From Candidatus Aenigmatarchaeota archaeon (GTDB lineage Archaea > Aenigmatarchaeota > Aenigmatarchaeia > CG10238-14 > SCSR01), in contig JAWBWS010000001.1 in assembly GCA_038999725.1 (NCBI GenBank), forward strand, positions 129,711 through 193,710: 64,000 nucleotides of DNA. The letters run 5' to 3'. The notes beneath the pieces were generated by a model. The model worked only from the letters and a program-made list of their open reading frames with translations, searched no databases and was not told the DNA's origin. Below are positions 40,317 to 48,895 of the stretch, in pieces. The translations under genes were made by a program, and so were the position numbers. Numbering within the stretch: the first letter of the stretch is position 1; each line of letters begins with the position of its first letter.

Positions 40317-43019
40317 TTAATTAAAAGCAAAAAACTTTGATTTTATTTCTCCGAAGTAAAAGTTAACCTCTCCGCCACAAACCGTACATTTACCAACTAG
40401 CGGAACCCTTCTGTAGCTTGTGTTGCACTTGAGACAAACTACTCCTTCTACACTAGTGAGTGAAACACTTTCACTTTTCTTATGATTGTCTATGGCTTCT
40501 CCCAATACCATTTGCTTGCCGAGACCAATCAATTTAGTCCTAGGTATACCAATTGCTTCAAAAACTCTTTCTAATGGTGGTAAAATCTGACTTTCAATGT
40601 AATAACGTGAATCTATTTTCAAACCATGTTTTTTAACATATTCTGGGTCTTCCGCCCTTTCGGAAACCATTTGTGCCCCTTTAACTATAACAAACCCTAC
40701 CCTATCACCAATCGAAGGAATTGTCGTCTCTCCTCTTTTTTTCATCCTCTTCACTAACTCAATGTGTGGTTGAACTCCTTTATATTGGTCAGGCCTCTTT
40801 GAAATTCCTTTTATTATAACAAGTTTTTCCAATGGGATTTGTCCATTCTGTAGTTTTTGTATCACATCTTTGAAATAAGTGAAAGCTTTTGCTGGATTTT
40901 GTTCCCTGAGTAAAATGTTCAGAACAGCCTCTTGTGTCTCGCTGACCAAATCACACCAATCTCTTCTCACAGTTTCTATTCCCTTCATCACAATCTCATC
41001 TTTATATTGAGAATCAATCTTTTCAAAACTCCACCCAGCATATCTTTTTTTTGTTAGAATTAAAAGTGTTCTAAAAACATTCTCGACTTTGACTTTTAAC
41101 TTCCCTTCAAATTTTTCATTTAGAAAATCTGCTATTTGATTGCCAATCTCTATTGCTTTATCTATGTCTCCTGTATCTGTTTTAACCATCACAGAATCTG
41201 TGTCTCCATAAATCACTCTATACCTTGTGTTACTTTCAACAAGCTTTTTGGTTTCTTGAATGTAATATCTCCCACAACTTGTGATTGCGTTTGCTATATC
41301 CAAAACATAAAGTCTTCCAAGTAAAAATCCTGTATAGCCATAAGAGGCGTTTGCTATTCTTTTAAGTCCCTCTTGGTATGCATCTAAAGCCCTTTTTCTC
41401 ACGGGATCTTTTTCAACTTTCATTTGAGCTTTAATCATATTTCTTTCTTTTATCAATCTTTCAAGAGTTTGGGGAATTATCCCTTTTCTAATACTTGGTG
41501 GAATGAAAGAAGTACCAAATGGTGTTGTTATTGCTTCTACCCCTTCCTTTTTCTCAATCAATAAAGTTGTTGGGCAGATGTTGTAAGAAATGAAAATTGA
41601 AGGGTACATGCTTGCAAAATCTAAATAAATGACACATGTTGTATGTAAACCAACTTCAGGATCAAGAACGAAAGCTCCTTTAAACCCTTTCACATCTCTC
41701 TCTGCTTTTCTTCTTGCAATCTCCTTTTCAGATGGTTTACAAGGTAGAACAAATCCATTTTTGTCGAACTCCCTTAAAAGTAGATTTTCGACTTTTCCAG
41801 CTTCTCCGGTATCCAAAGAATCTTGTAATAACAAACCAGAAACTTTGGAAATTCCTATGTATTTGTCTAGAAAGTGTTTTTCTAAAAGTAATCTCAAAAC
41901 AAGCTCAGAATCTCTTCTCGCATAATCTATAAATCTTTTCATCTGCTCTTCATTACCATTCCAAGCAATTGGCATATCTGTGTGAGAAAATTCAATTTTT
42001 TCTTCACCTAAAAGATATTTTGAGACCTCTCCCAAGCTAAATCTTTTTAGACCTGTGAAAAAACCTCTTCCAGCCATATCTTTTATTATCCAATATGGGT
42101 CTACTATTACCCTTCCAAAAACGGAATTTTTATATCTATTTTCCCCCAACTTTTTCGAAACAAGTGATTTTTCAACACATCTTCCTATACTCCTTCTCAA
42201 TTTATTAATTCTCAATCTCTCGTTGATGTATGGTATGTCAAAATCATTAATGTTATATCCAACTATTATATCAGGATCGAATTTATCAATTATTTCTAAA
42301 AACTTTTCAAGCATCTCTTTTTCATTCTTAAAAGTTAAAACATCCTTACCTAGTCTTTTGAAATTATTTTTTGCTACTAGAATGAGTGTGTTACTACCAT
42401 CAAAAGCCGGGAAAAAAGCCATACTTATTATAGCTATTTGGTTTTCCTCTGGATTTATTATCCCTTCAGAAACTACTTCTATATCCAAGGCCATATACCT
42501 TAGGGGGGCATTCTCTATTTTCTCCACAGGCTCGATTTTTTCCATTTTAATTGATTGATCCACTTTTATACTTTGTGTATGTATTGGTGAACCATATACT
42601 TTATACCACGACATGCCAAAAAGTGAAAAATCTGCCATAAATCTGTATTTGAAGAGTATGTCTGCCTCAAAAATATCTTCAATAAAGTCCTTCTTCCTCA
42701 AATGCTCCCTTAATGTAACTGTCTTAGATGGATCTTTAAGCACAACTTTCAACATTTCTTTTTTCTTTTCTTGAAAACCTATCGGTAAATTTCTCTCTAC
42801 AATTTCTATGTTTTTTATCTCATTAGTGAAATTCTTCTTAAGTTCATCAATAACTTTTTCTTCCATTCCTTCTTTTGGTAAAATATAAAAATATGGATAA
42901 AAGCCGTCATAAAAAGCACAAATTGTTCTTCCGTCTTCTGCCTTCCCTAAAAGTCTTATAACAGGACGATTCTCGAGAAGAATGTAATCAACATCTAAAA
43001 GTTGAAACTCCAATTCCAT
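40317..43019 (-). CDS. polB: Family B DNA polymerase with intact exonuclease and C-terminal DP2-like Zn finger
   Basis: ExoI DIE, ExoII YNINDFD, ExoIII YARRD; DFASMYPS, KRIANASYGY, YGDTDS, KKRY; tail CLKCNTSYRRVPLVGKCTVCGG. Confidence 0.95.
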   Translation of the reverse strand: MELEFQLLDVDYILLENRPVIRLLGKAEDGRTICAFYDGFYPYFYILPKEGMEEKVIDELKKNFTNEIKNIEIVERNLPIGFQEKKKEMLKVVLKDPSKTVTLREHLRKKDFIEDIFEADILFKYRFMADFSLFGMSWYKVYGSPIHTQSIKVDQSIKMEKIEPVEKIENAPLRYMALDIEVVSEGIINPEENQIAIISMAFFPAFDGSNTLILVAKNNFKRLGKDVLTFKNEKEMLEKFLEIIDKFDPDIIVGYNINDFDIPYINERLRINKLRRSIGRCVEKSLVSKKLGENRYKNSVFGRVIVDPYWIIKDMAGRGFFTGLKRFSLGEVSKYLLGEEKIEFSHTDMPIAWNGNEEQMKRFIDYARRDSELVLRLLLEKHFLDKYIGISKVSGLLLQDSLDTGEAGKVENLLLREFDKNGFVLPCKPSEKEIARRKAERDVKGFKGAFVLDPEVGLHTTCVIYLDFASMYPSIFISYNICPTTLLIEKKEGVEAITTPFGTSFIPPSIRKGIIPQTLERLIKERNMIKAQMKVEKDPVRKRALDAYQEGLKRIANASYGYTGFLLGRLYVLDIANAITSCGRYYIQETKKLVESNTRYRVIYGDTDSVMVKTDTGDIDKAIEIGNQIADFLNEKFEGKLKVKVENVFRTLLILTKKRYAGWSFEKIDSQYKDEIVMKGIETVRRDWCDLVSETQEAVLNILLREQNPAKAFTYFKDVIQKLQNGQIPLEKLVIIKGISKRPDQYKGVQPHIELVKRMKKRGETTIPSIGDRVGFVIVKGAQMVSERAEDPEYVKKHGLKIDSRYYIESQILPPLERVFEAIGIPRTKLIGLGKQMVLGEAIDNHKKSESVSLTSVEGVVCLKCNTSYRRVPLVGKCTVCGGEVNFYFGEIKSKFFAFN

Positions 43020-43027
43020 GTTTTATT

Positions 43028-44176
43028 TTATATCAAATCAATTTTTAAATTTTCTCGTGTTTTAAGATTTACAATCCAAAATATTCTTTCAGATGAACCA
43101 GAAGAAATTATTGTTGTTCCTTTATAGTTGATTAAACCTGAAGTACCGAAATCAAAGGATAAGAAAATATCTGGAACTGGTTCTATCAAAAAACAATCTT
43201 CTTCTAAAACTCTTTCAATTGTAAAAATTGGGTTGAGATGCCTTTTCTTGAGTAAGTTTAACATTATTTCTTCTGTTCTCTCTCCCAAAATATTTTTATA
43301 GGGAGAAAACATTTTTCCATCACAAAGAAGTAAATTTACCTTACCATTGATTAAGAGAAAGGCTGGTGGTGAAAAAGAAGTTACATCTTCGAGTTCTAGT
43401 TTTTCTTTAGTTATGAGAATTAACTTTGTGTTGATTGGTAATTTCTCTTTCAACTCTTCTATTTGTTTTTTCTCATAAGATTCTACAAATAAAAAAATCA
43501 ATTTTTTGTAATTAATTTTTGAAATTTCTTCCAAAATCTTTTTTTCATATTCTTTTATCCACTTCCCTAAAATGAAGAAACAGTAAACATCTTCCTCTAA
43601 ATTAGCGACTTTTCTCCTCAAAGGTACATCTGGCCACAAAACATTTGTAACTTCAATCTTATCATTTGTTTTTTCACAAACAAGCCCCACAACTTCATCT
43701 TGAACAATTTGCCCAAAAAAGTTGTTTTTAAAGAAAACTGAAATTTCACCAGTGAAATCCTCTACAACAGCAGATTTGTTTTCTTTATTAATATCTCTCA
43801 CCATCACTATCAGAGAAAACTTTTTTGTTTTCTCTGTTATCTTGTTTATAGAAATCAAATTAACTATATCCATCCTGTAAGAAAAGAATGATTTGATTTT
43901 CTCATATCTCTCTAATAAAATTCTTGAAATATCATCAACTGAAAAATTTTTTACATTCAAGGCTTTTTTCTTAATTTCTTTGATTTCAACTTCTTCCAAA
44001 ATAGATTTAATTAAATCTATTTTGACCACAGGAGGAACTTCCATTTTAACAATTTTTTCAAGAAAGATTTTAACTTGTTCAGGATTTCTTGAAAAATAAT
44101 CCAAACTATCTTGATCAATCATCAAACCTCTCTTTAAAAAAATATCCACAATTTTTTCTTTTTCCATAGAAACCAA
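43028..44176 (-). CDS. Inactivated PolD small subunit (DP1) / B-subunit homolog
   Basis: OB fold VEDFTGEISV..DEVVGL, WPDVP, LKKRHLNP, VPDI, YKGTTIISSG; metal-binding DxH, GNHD and GHxH motifs absent. Confidence 0.8.
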   Translation of the reverse strand: MVSMEKEKIVDIFLKRGLMIDQDSLDYFSRNPEQVKIFLEKIVKMEVPPVVKIDLIKSILEEVEIKEIKKKALNVKNFSVDDISRILLERYEKIKSFFSYRMDIVNLISINKITEKTKKFSLIVMVRDINKENKSAVVEDFTGEISVFFKNNFFGQIVQDEVVGLVCEKTNDKIEVTNVLWPDVPLRRKVANLEEDVYCFFILGKWIKEYEKKILEEISKINYKKLIFLFVESYEKKQIEELKEKLPINTKLILITKEKLELEDVTSFSPPAFLLINGKVNLLLCDGKMFSPYKNILGERTEEIMLNLLKKRHLNPIFTIERVLEEDCFLIEPVPDIFLSFDFGTSGLINYKGTTIISSGSSERIFWIVNLKTRENLKIDLI

Positions 44177-44184
44177 AGAAAATA

Positions 44185-44442
44185 TTATCTTTTTAATATA
44201 TAAACAAGAATTCCTACCTTCTCTTTATCTTTTGAATGGGGTAAGGCTTTAACAATAACTTGATTATTTTTAACCAATTCATCTAAATATTTTTGAATCG
44301 TGTTCCAACTTAAATTCTTGTTAAACTTTTTTGAGATAAGCATCTTTATTGAAGAGGTGGTTAAAGGTGTTTGAGTATTTGAGAGAACATCTAAAATTAA
44401 AAATTTTACTTGCTCTCTCAGACTTCTTCTTCCTCTTTTCAT
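44185..44442 (-). CDS. Small winged-helix protein
   Basis: ILDVL...PLTTSSI...LSWNTIQKYLDELV followed by beta wing. Confidence 0.75.
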   Translation of the reverse strand: MKRGRRSLREQVKFLILDVLSNTQTPLTTSSIKMLISKKFNKNLSWNTIQKYLDELVKNNQVIVKALPHSKDKEKVGILVYILKR

Positions 44443-44465
44443 AATTGAAAGATATTTATTTGAAA

Positions 44466-45098
44466 TTAAAAGGTAATAATTGATTTTTCTGTTCTAACAA
44501 ATGGCACAGGACTTGTGTTTGATATCGCCTTTTTAAGATAACCACGCTTCTCTAAATTTTTTAACCTATGATAAAATGTTTGATATCTAAGACCGAAGAT
44601 GTGGGCATCTAATAGAAAAATAGGTTTTTCTCTTGCATACTCTAAAATCTTCAAATCTATTTCATCCAAAGGTCTTGAATCATTGTTTTTTCGTTTAAAT
44701 GATTTTTTTATAAGTGAAGTTGGATTGTAATAATAAAAGACTTTATTTTCAGCATCTTTAATAATGGTAACTTGTTTTTCATCAATCAGAATGATACCTA
44801 GTTTCTTTCTTAAATTCTCCAGTTCAGGGTTAATTGTCAACATGTTAATAAATGTGTTAAGAAATATAGGAGGTGCACATAAAAAAACATGGGAAAAGTC
44901 GGTAAAATAACTGATAATCTCCCCAAGTGTATTTTTTACATCTGATTCATCACCTTTTACTTCCACACAGTACCAAAAATTTCCTTTTTTAAATACAAAA
45001 TCTGGTTTACAATGAGGGAATTCCCTTTCTGTAAAAAATTCTATTTTATTTTCCTGTAGATATTTTAGAAAAATAGATTTTGCTTCTTCCTCATTCAT
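44466..45098 (-). CDS. PD-(D/E)xK nuclease-like domain fused to C-terminal wHTH
   Basis: E...PDFV...VEVKG; Y...FSHVFLCAP...LGIILID; C-terminal DLKILEY...FYHRLKNLEKRGYL. Confidence 0.7.
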   Translation of the reverse strand: MNEEEAKSIFLKYLQENKIEFFTEREFPHCKPDFVFKKGNFWYCVEVKGDESDVKNTLGEIISYFTDFSHVFLCAPPIFLNTFINMLTINPELENLRKKLGIILIDEKQVTIIKDAENKVFYYYNPTSLIKKSFKRKNNDSRPLDEIDLKILEYAREKPIFLLDAHIFGLRYQTFYHRLKNLEKRGYLKKAISNTSPVPFVRTEKSIITF

Positions 45099-45322
45099 TT
45101 TTTCAACCTGTAAGTAGTAGTTTTACCAACACGTATTTCCTCTACTTTTTGTGCATCTCTTAAGGCTATTAAATATTTTTGAATAGTATGCCATGAAAGG
45201 CCTGGTCTTTCGAGCTTTTTTGCAACAGTTTTCCTTATAAATTCTGAAGTGTGAGGTAAATTATCATCCAAACAACTCAATATCACAAGCTCAAAAAATT
45301 TTCCATAAGGTCTTCTTGACAT
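45095..45322 (-). CDS. Small winged-helix protein (paralog of 44185-44442)
   Basis: LSWHTIQKYL recognition helix nearly identical to LSWNTIQKYL; ATGA overlap with next gene. Confidence 0.75.
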   Translation of the reverse strand: MSRRPYGKFFELVILSCLDDNLPHTSEFIRKTVAKKLERPGLSWHTIQKYLIALRDAQKVEEIRVGKTTTYRLKK

Positions 45323-45345
45323 ATCTTTATTTATTGAATTTATTC

Positions 45346-45353
45346 TTTATAAA
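45346..45353 (-). promoter_or_regulatory. TATA box for a probably leaderless transcript starting near 45322
   Basis: TTTATAAA 24-31 nt upstream of ATG. Confidence 0.6.
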
Positions 45354-45356
45354 TAT

Positions 45357-45533
45357 TGCAGTTAACAGACCATAATTGCGAAGAAATTGAATTAATTTAA
45401 ATATAGTGCGAACATTTGAAATAACATGCGATGATTTTACTTTTCATGCGAAGAGTAAATTGATAGTTAAACTGGACAATTATTGCAAAAAATTAATTTC
45501 ACTTTGTGTTAGAGACAGAAATATTAGTGCGAA
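45357..45533. repeat. Helically phased array of TGCGAA-like direct repeats
   Basis: TGCAGT 45357, TGCGAA 45377, TGCGAA 45407, TGCGAT 45427, TGCGAA 45447, TGCAAA 45484, TGCGAA 45528; first five spaced 20/30/20/20 bp. Confidence 0.7.
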
Positions 45534-45625
45534 CAATTTAACTACTATCAGAATCTTTCAATATTTTTTATTAGTAGCGGAAAAATATCGTCTATAATAT
45601 ACCATTTCTAATATCTTCTGAACTT

Positions 45626-45979
45626 TCATAAAAATAATTCCTTAACTTTTAAAAGAAGTTCCCTAATCCCTTCGACATCCCTTACAGGCATATAGATTCT
45701 TGGATAAGTTTCAACTTTCTCAATAAGATTTAGTTTGGCAAGGGTATCTAACCTTTTTCTTAAGGTTTCTAGGTTTATTTGCACCCCTTCACTTCTCAAT
45801 TCAGAAAAAAGCTGTTGAACATAATAACAAGTGGTATCATTCGGAAACTTTTTGTTATTAAAATAGAATTTTTGTAAAATCCTTATCATAACAACATCAA
45901 AATTAAGAAATATTGAAGAAAGTTTCTTTTTTGTATTCACATCTTCCTGTATAGGAATGTTAACAATTGAGGCGTTCAT
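45626..45979 (-). CDS. Winged-helix DNA-binding protein
   Basis: IRILQKFY...LFSEL...INLETLRKRLDTLAKLNLIEKVETYPRIY. Confidence 0.7.
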   Translation of the reverse strand: MNASIVNIPIQEDVNTKKKLSSIFLNFDVVMIRILQKFYFNNKKFPNDTTCYYVQQLFSELRSEGVQINLETLRKRLDTLAKLNLIEKVETYPRIYMPVRDVEGIRELLLKVKELFL

Positions 45980-46032
45980 TTTTTCCCATTTAGTTGTTTT
46001 ATTTTTATAATTTAATATAACTGTTAAACTTT

Positions 46033-46707
46033 TTAAACTAAATTAATAATTCTTGCTTCAACTTTTTTATTTTTAATTGTAGCAAAGCCACAATATCCTT
46101 CCGGAAACCTACCAGCATTGATTAATTTTGTTCCATTTATTTCATCAATGCCTCTTGCTTCATGTATATGAGCACTTATCGCTAAAACAGGTTTAAATTT
46201 TTCAATAACTTCTCTTACTGCTTCTGATCCAACATGGGCACCAGTATGAACAACATCAACTCTTGTTCTTGCTGGAGGTACATGGGTAACCTGAACTTTA
46301 ACTTCACTTTCTTTAATCATTTCAAATGCTTTTTCTAATCCTTTTCTTATTTCATCTTCAGATGGCTCTAGAGGGGTGCCAAAAGGTGTTCTAGCCCCTC
46401 CAAAACCGTAAAAACCAATATTATCAATAATTTTTCCTTTTCCATGAAGACTTATTCCTTCTTTTTCCAAGATTTCTATTATATCTCTATCCCAATTTCC
46501 AGGCAAAGCTAAGATGGGTTTGTTTAAAGTTTTAAGTTCTTCAATAATCACTTTCGAGATATCTAGAGAAGAAAATCCTTTTGGTGGCACATCTAGAAAG
46601 TCCCCTGGAAACACGATAACATCAAAATTAAACATGTTAACTTTATCAATATATTCCATTAAATTTTCTACATCATTATGGATGTCGCTTATTATCAAGA
46701 TATCCAT
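46033..46707 (-). CDS. Calcineurin-like metallophosphoesterase
   Basis: SDIH, PGD, PGNWD, THVPP, HVGS, AHIHE. Confidence 0.92.
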   Translation of the reverse strand: MDILIISDIHNDVENLMEYIDKVNMFNFDVIVFPGDFLDVPPKGFSSLDISKVIIEELKTLNKPILALPGNWDRDIIEILEKEGISLHGKGKIIDNIGFYGFGGARTPFGTPLEPSEDEIRKGLEKAFEMIKESEVKVQVTHVPPARTRVDVVHTGAHVGSEAVREVIEKFKPVLAISAHIHEARGIDEINGTKLINAGRFPEGYCGFATIKNKKVEARIINLV

Positions 46708-46752
46708 CTTATCATCTAATGATTTTTAATCAACAGATTTTAAATATCTAAT

Positions 46753-47088
46753 ATGTTCTCCTCCAGAAAAAAAGGATATAGGATTGAAAGAAAGATAAGA
46801 CTCCTTTTTGAAAAATATGGTTGGAAAGTCATAAGAGCTGGGGCAAGTTTGGGTGAGGCAGATTTGATTTGTATTAAAAATAGAAAATGTATTTTACTCC
46901 AAATTAAATCAACTAGGAAGAAAGCTCTATATTTTTACGGTGATTTAATTAAAAACATAGAAGGGTTTCCATTCTTCTTGGTTGTAGATTTTGGTTATGG
47001 GAATATAAGAATATTGAGACCAAGAAAGAAGGTGTTAACAAATAGTGGAATTGCGCTTAAAGATTTTTTGGAAAACAATAAAATTTAA
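46753..47088 (+). CDS. hjc: Holliday junction resolvase Hjc-like
   Basis: KGYRIER, VIRAGAS...ADLI, QIKST. Confidence 0.8.
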   Translation: MFSSRKKGYRIERKIRLLFEKYGWKVIRAGASLGEADLICIKNRKCILLQIKSTRKKALYFYGDLIKNIEGFPFFLVVDFGYGNIRILRPRKKVLTNSGIALKDFLENNKI

Positions 47089-47115
47089 AGAAACATATTA
47101 TAAGTAGGTGGTAAT

Positions 47116-47664
47116 TTGCCAGTATATGTAAGAGATATAATGGTCAAAAATATAGTGACTATTGATCAAGAAAAAACAGTTAAACAAGCAGGAGAATTGA
47201 TGAAAAAAACAAGAAAAGGTTGCCTTATAGTAACAAAAAATGGTAAGCCCGTGGGTATACTTTCTGATAGCGATGTAATAAAGAGGGTTGTTGCAAAAAA
47301 CTTTTTGCCAAGTAAAATTAAAGTTAAACAAGTTATGAGTTCACCTTTAATAACAATTAGTCCAGATGATGACATTTTATCAGCTGTGAGGAAAATGAAA
47401 AGGAATAATATCCATAGGTTGCCAGTAGTTCTCAATGGAAAATTGGTTGGTATAATTTCACTTTCAGATATAGCTAAAACATCACCAGAGATGTTAGATC
47501 TTCTTGAATATAGATTAAAAATGAAATCTTATGAACCAGAGATAAGAGAAAAAATAACTTCAGGAATTTGTGAATCATGCGGCAATTACAGTGATAATTT
47601 ACAAAATGTGAATGGTCAATGGTTGTGTGAAGATTGTAAGGAAGATCTTGAACATGAGTATTGA
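47116..47664 (+). CDS. CBS-pair protein with C-terminal Zn ribbon
   Basis: VRDIM, GILSDSD, HRLPVV; GICESCG...LCEDC. Confidence 0.88.
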   Translation: MPVYVRDIMVKNIVTIDQEKTVKQAGELMKKTRKGCLIVTKNGKPVGILSDSDVIKRVVAKNFLPSKIKVKQVMSSPLITISPDDDILSAVRKMKRNNIHRLPVVLNGKLVGIISLSDIAKTSPEMLDLLEYRLKMKSYEPEIREKITSGICESCGNYSDNLQNVNGQWLCEDCKEDLEHEY

Positions 47665-48448
47665 TTTAAGTCTTGCAGGTTTAGATAGAAAACAAAAAAT
47701 AATCCACTTCTCAGAACTCAACCCAACATTTTGTTTCGAGGGAGAAAGGATTATAGAGGTTGTGGATAAAATAATAGAAAAAGGGCATAGAAGGCTCCCC
47801 ATTCTAACAAAAGACAAAAAATTGGTTGGTATAATAACAACAATGGACATCCTTGGAGCCTTTTTGCGCAAACAAAATTTTCAAGACCCAATATCAACTA
47901 TAATGAATAGAGAAGTCATATTTTGTGATGCGGATGAAACTCTTGGTAATGTTTTGTTAAAATTTAAGTTTTCAAGAAGAGGAGGATTCCCGATTACAAA
48001 AAACGGTAAACTTGTTGGGATGATATCGGAGAGAGATATTGTTAGAAGGTTTTCTTCTGTAAATTTTGGAATTAAAGTTGAAGAGGTGATGACAAGAAAA
48101 CCTTTTTTTCTCAGCCCAACCACTTCAATTTTAGATGCGATCAAAAGTATGGTTAATACCCATTACAGAAGATTGCCATTGGTCGAGGACAAAAAATTGG
48201 TTGGTATATTTACATCAGCGGATGCCATTTCGTATTTAAGAAAAAATAATTTCAGTTTCTCAAATTTATTATTACCGCTTATACCAACATTCGAAAAAAA
48301 TGTGTATTACATAGAAAAGGAAAAAGATTTATCAGAAGCGATTAAAGAAATGGTGAAAAGAGATGTGGGAGGTCTTCCTGTTGTTAGTGAAGACAATACC
48401 TTAGAAGGTATAATAACCGAAAGAGATATATTAGAGGAAATTGTCTAA
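47654..48448 (+). CDS. Four-CBS-domain protein
   Basis: RRLPI, GGFPI, RRLPLV, GGLPVV; GIITERDI; start reassigned to ATG 47654. Confidence 0.88.
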   Translation: MSIDLSLAGLDRKQKIIHFSELNPTFCFEGERIIEVVDKIIEKGHRRLPILTKDKKLVGIITTMDILGAFLRKQNFQDPISTIMNREVIFCDADETLGNVLLKFKFSRRGGFPITKNGKLVGMISERDIVRRFSSVNFGIKVEEVMTRKPFFLSPTTSILDAIKSMVNTHYRRLPLVEDKKLVGIFTSADAISYLRKNNFSFSNLLLPLIPTFEKNVYYIEKEKDLSEAIKEMVKRDVGGLPVVSEDNTLEGIITERDILEEIV

Positions 48449-48454
48449 ATAATT

Positions 48455-48895
48455 ATGCTTTCTCCCCAATTTTTAGAGATAGTAGAAGAAGCAAGGAAAG
48501 AACAACCTATTGTAATAGTTGAAGGAGCAAGAGATGGGCTTGTTTTAAAAATGCTTGGTTTTACAAATGTTATAGAAATTTCAGGGAAACCAATAGAGGA
48601 AATTTTGGAAAAAATTATTTCGAAACCTTCATCAGAGGTAGTAATACTTACCGATTTCGATAAGGAGGGGGAAAGATTAGCTTCAGAGCTCATAACTCTT
48701 CTTTCTCACTATAAAATTAATATAAATCACTTCATAAGAAGGAAATTCAAATCAATTAAAATTCAAAAAATTGAGGAGTTAAACTCTTTCATAAAATTAA
48801 TGGAGGATTATCAAAATGGGAAAATTAGCTCAATCTACTATAAAATATTTAATAGAAGCAGAATTTTCGACAGAAGGAATAGTAGAAAAACCTGA
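48455..48895 (+). CDS. Stand-alone Toprim domain protein
   Basis: IVEGARD, ILTDFDKEGERL. Confidence 0.85.
   Translation: MLSPQFLEIVEEARKEQPIVIVEGARDGLVLKMLGFTNVIEISGKPIEEILEKIISKPSSEVVILTDFDKEGERLASELITLLSHYKININHFIRRKFKSIKIQKIEELNSFIKLMEDYQNGKISSIYYKIFNRSRIFDRRNSRKT

Noticed and set aside
12620..43019. Inteins in nrdJ, radA or polB
   Set aside because: Lengths are normal, catalytic motifs are contiguous, and no intein splice-junction or LAGLIDADG motifs were seen
45357..45533. Possible CRISPR array or ORB elements
   Set aside because: Repeats are only 6-9 bp with irregular spacers; no cas genes; no ORB consensus or G-string
45406..45597. 63-aa ORF inside the repeat array
   Set aside because: No motifs, opposite strand to all neighbours; region better explained as non-coding
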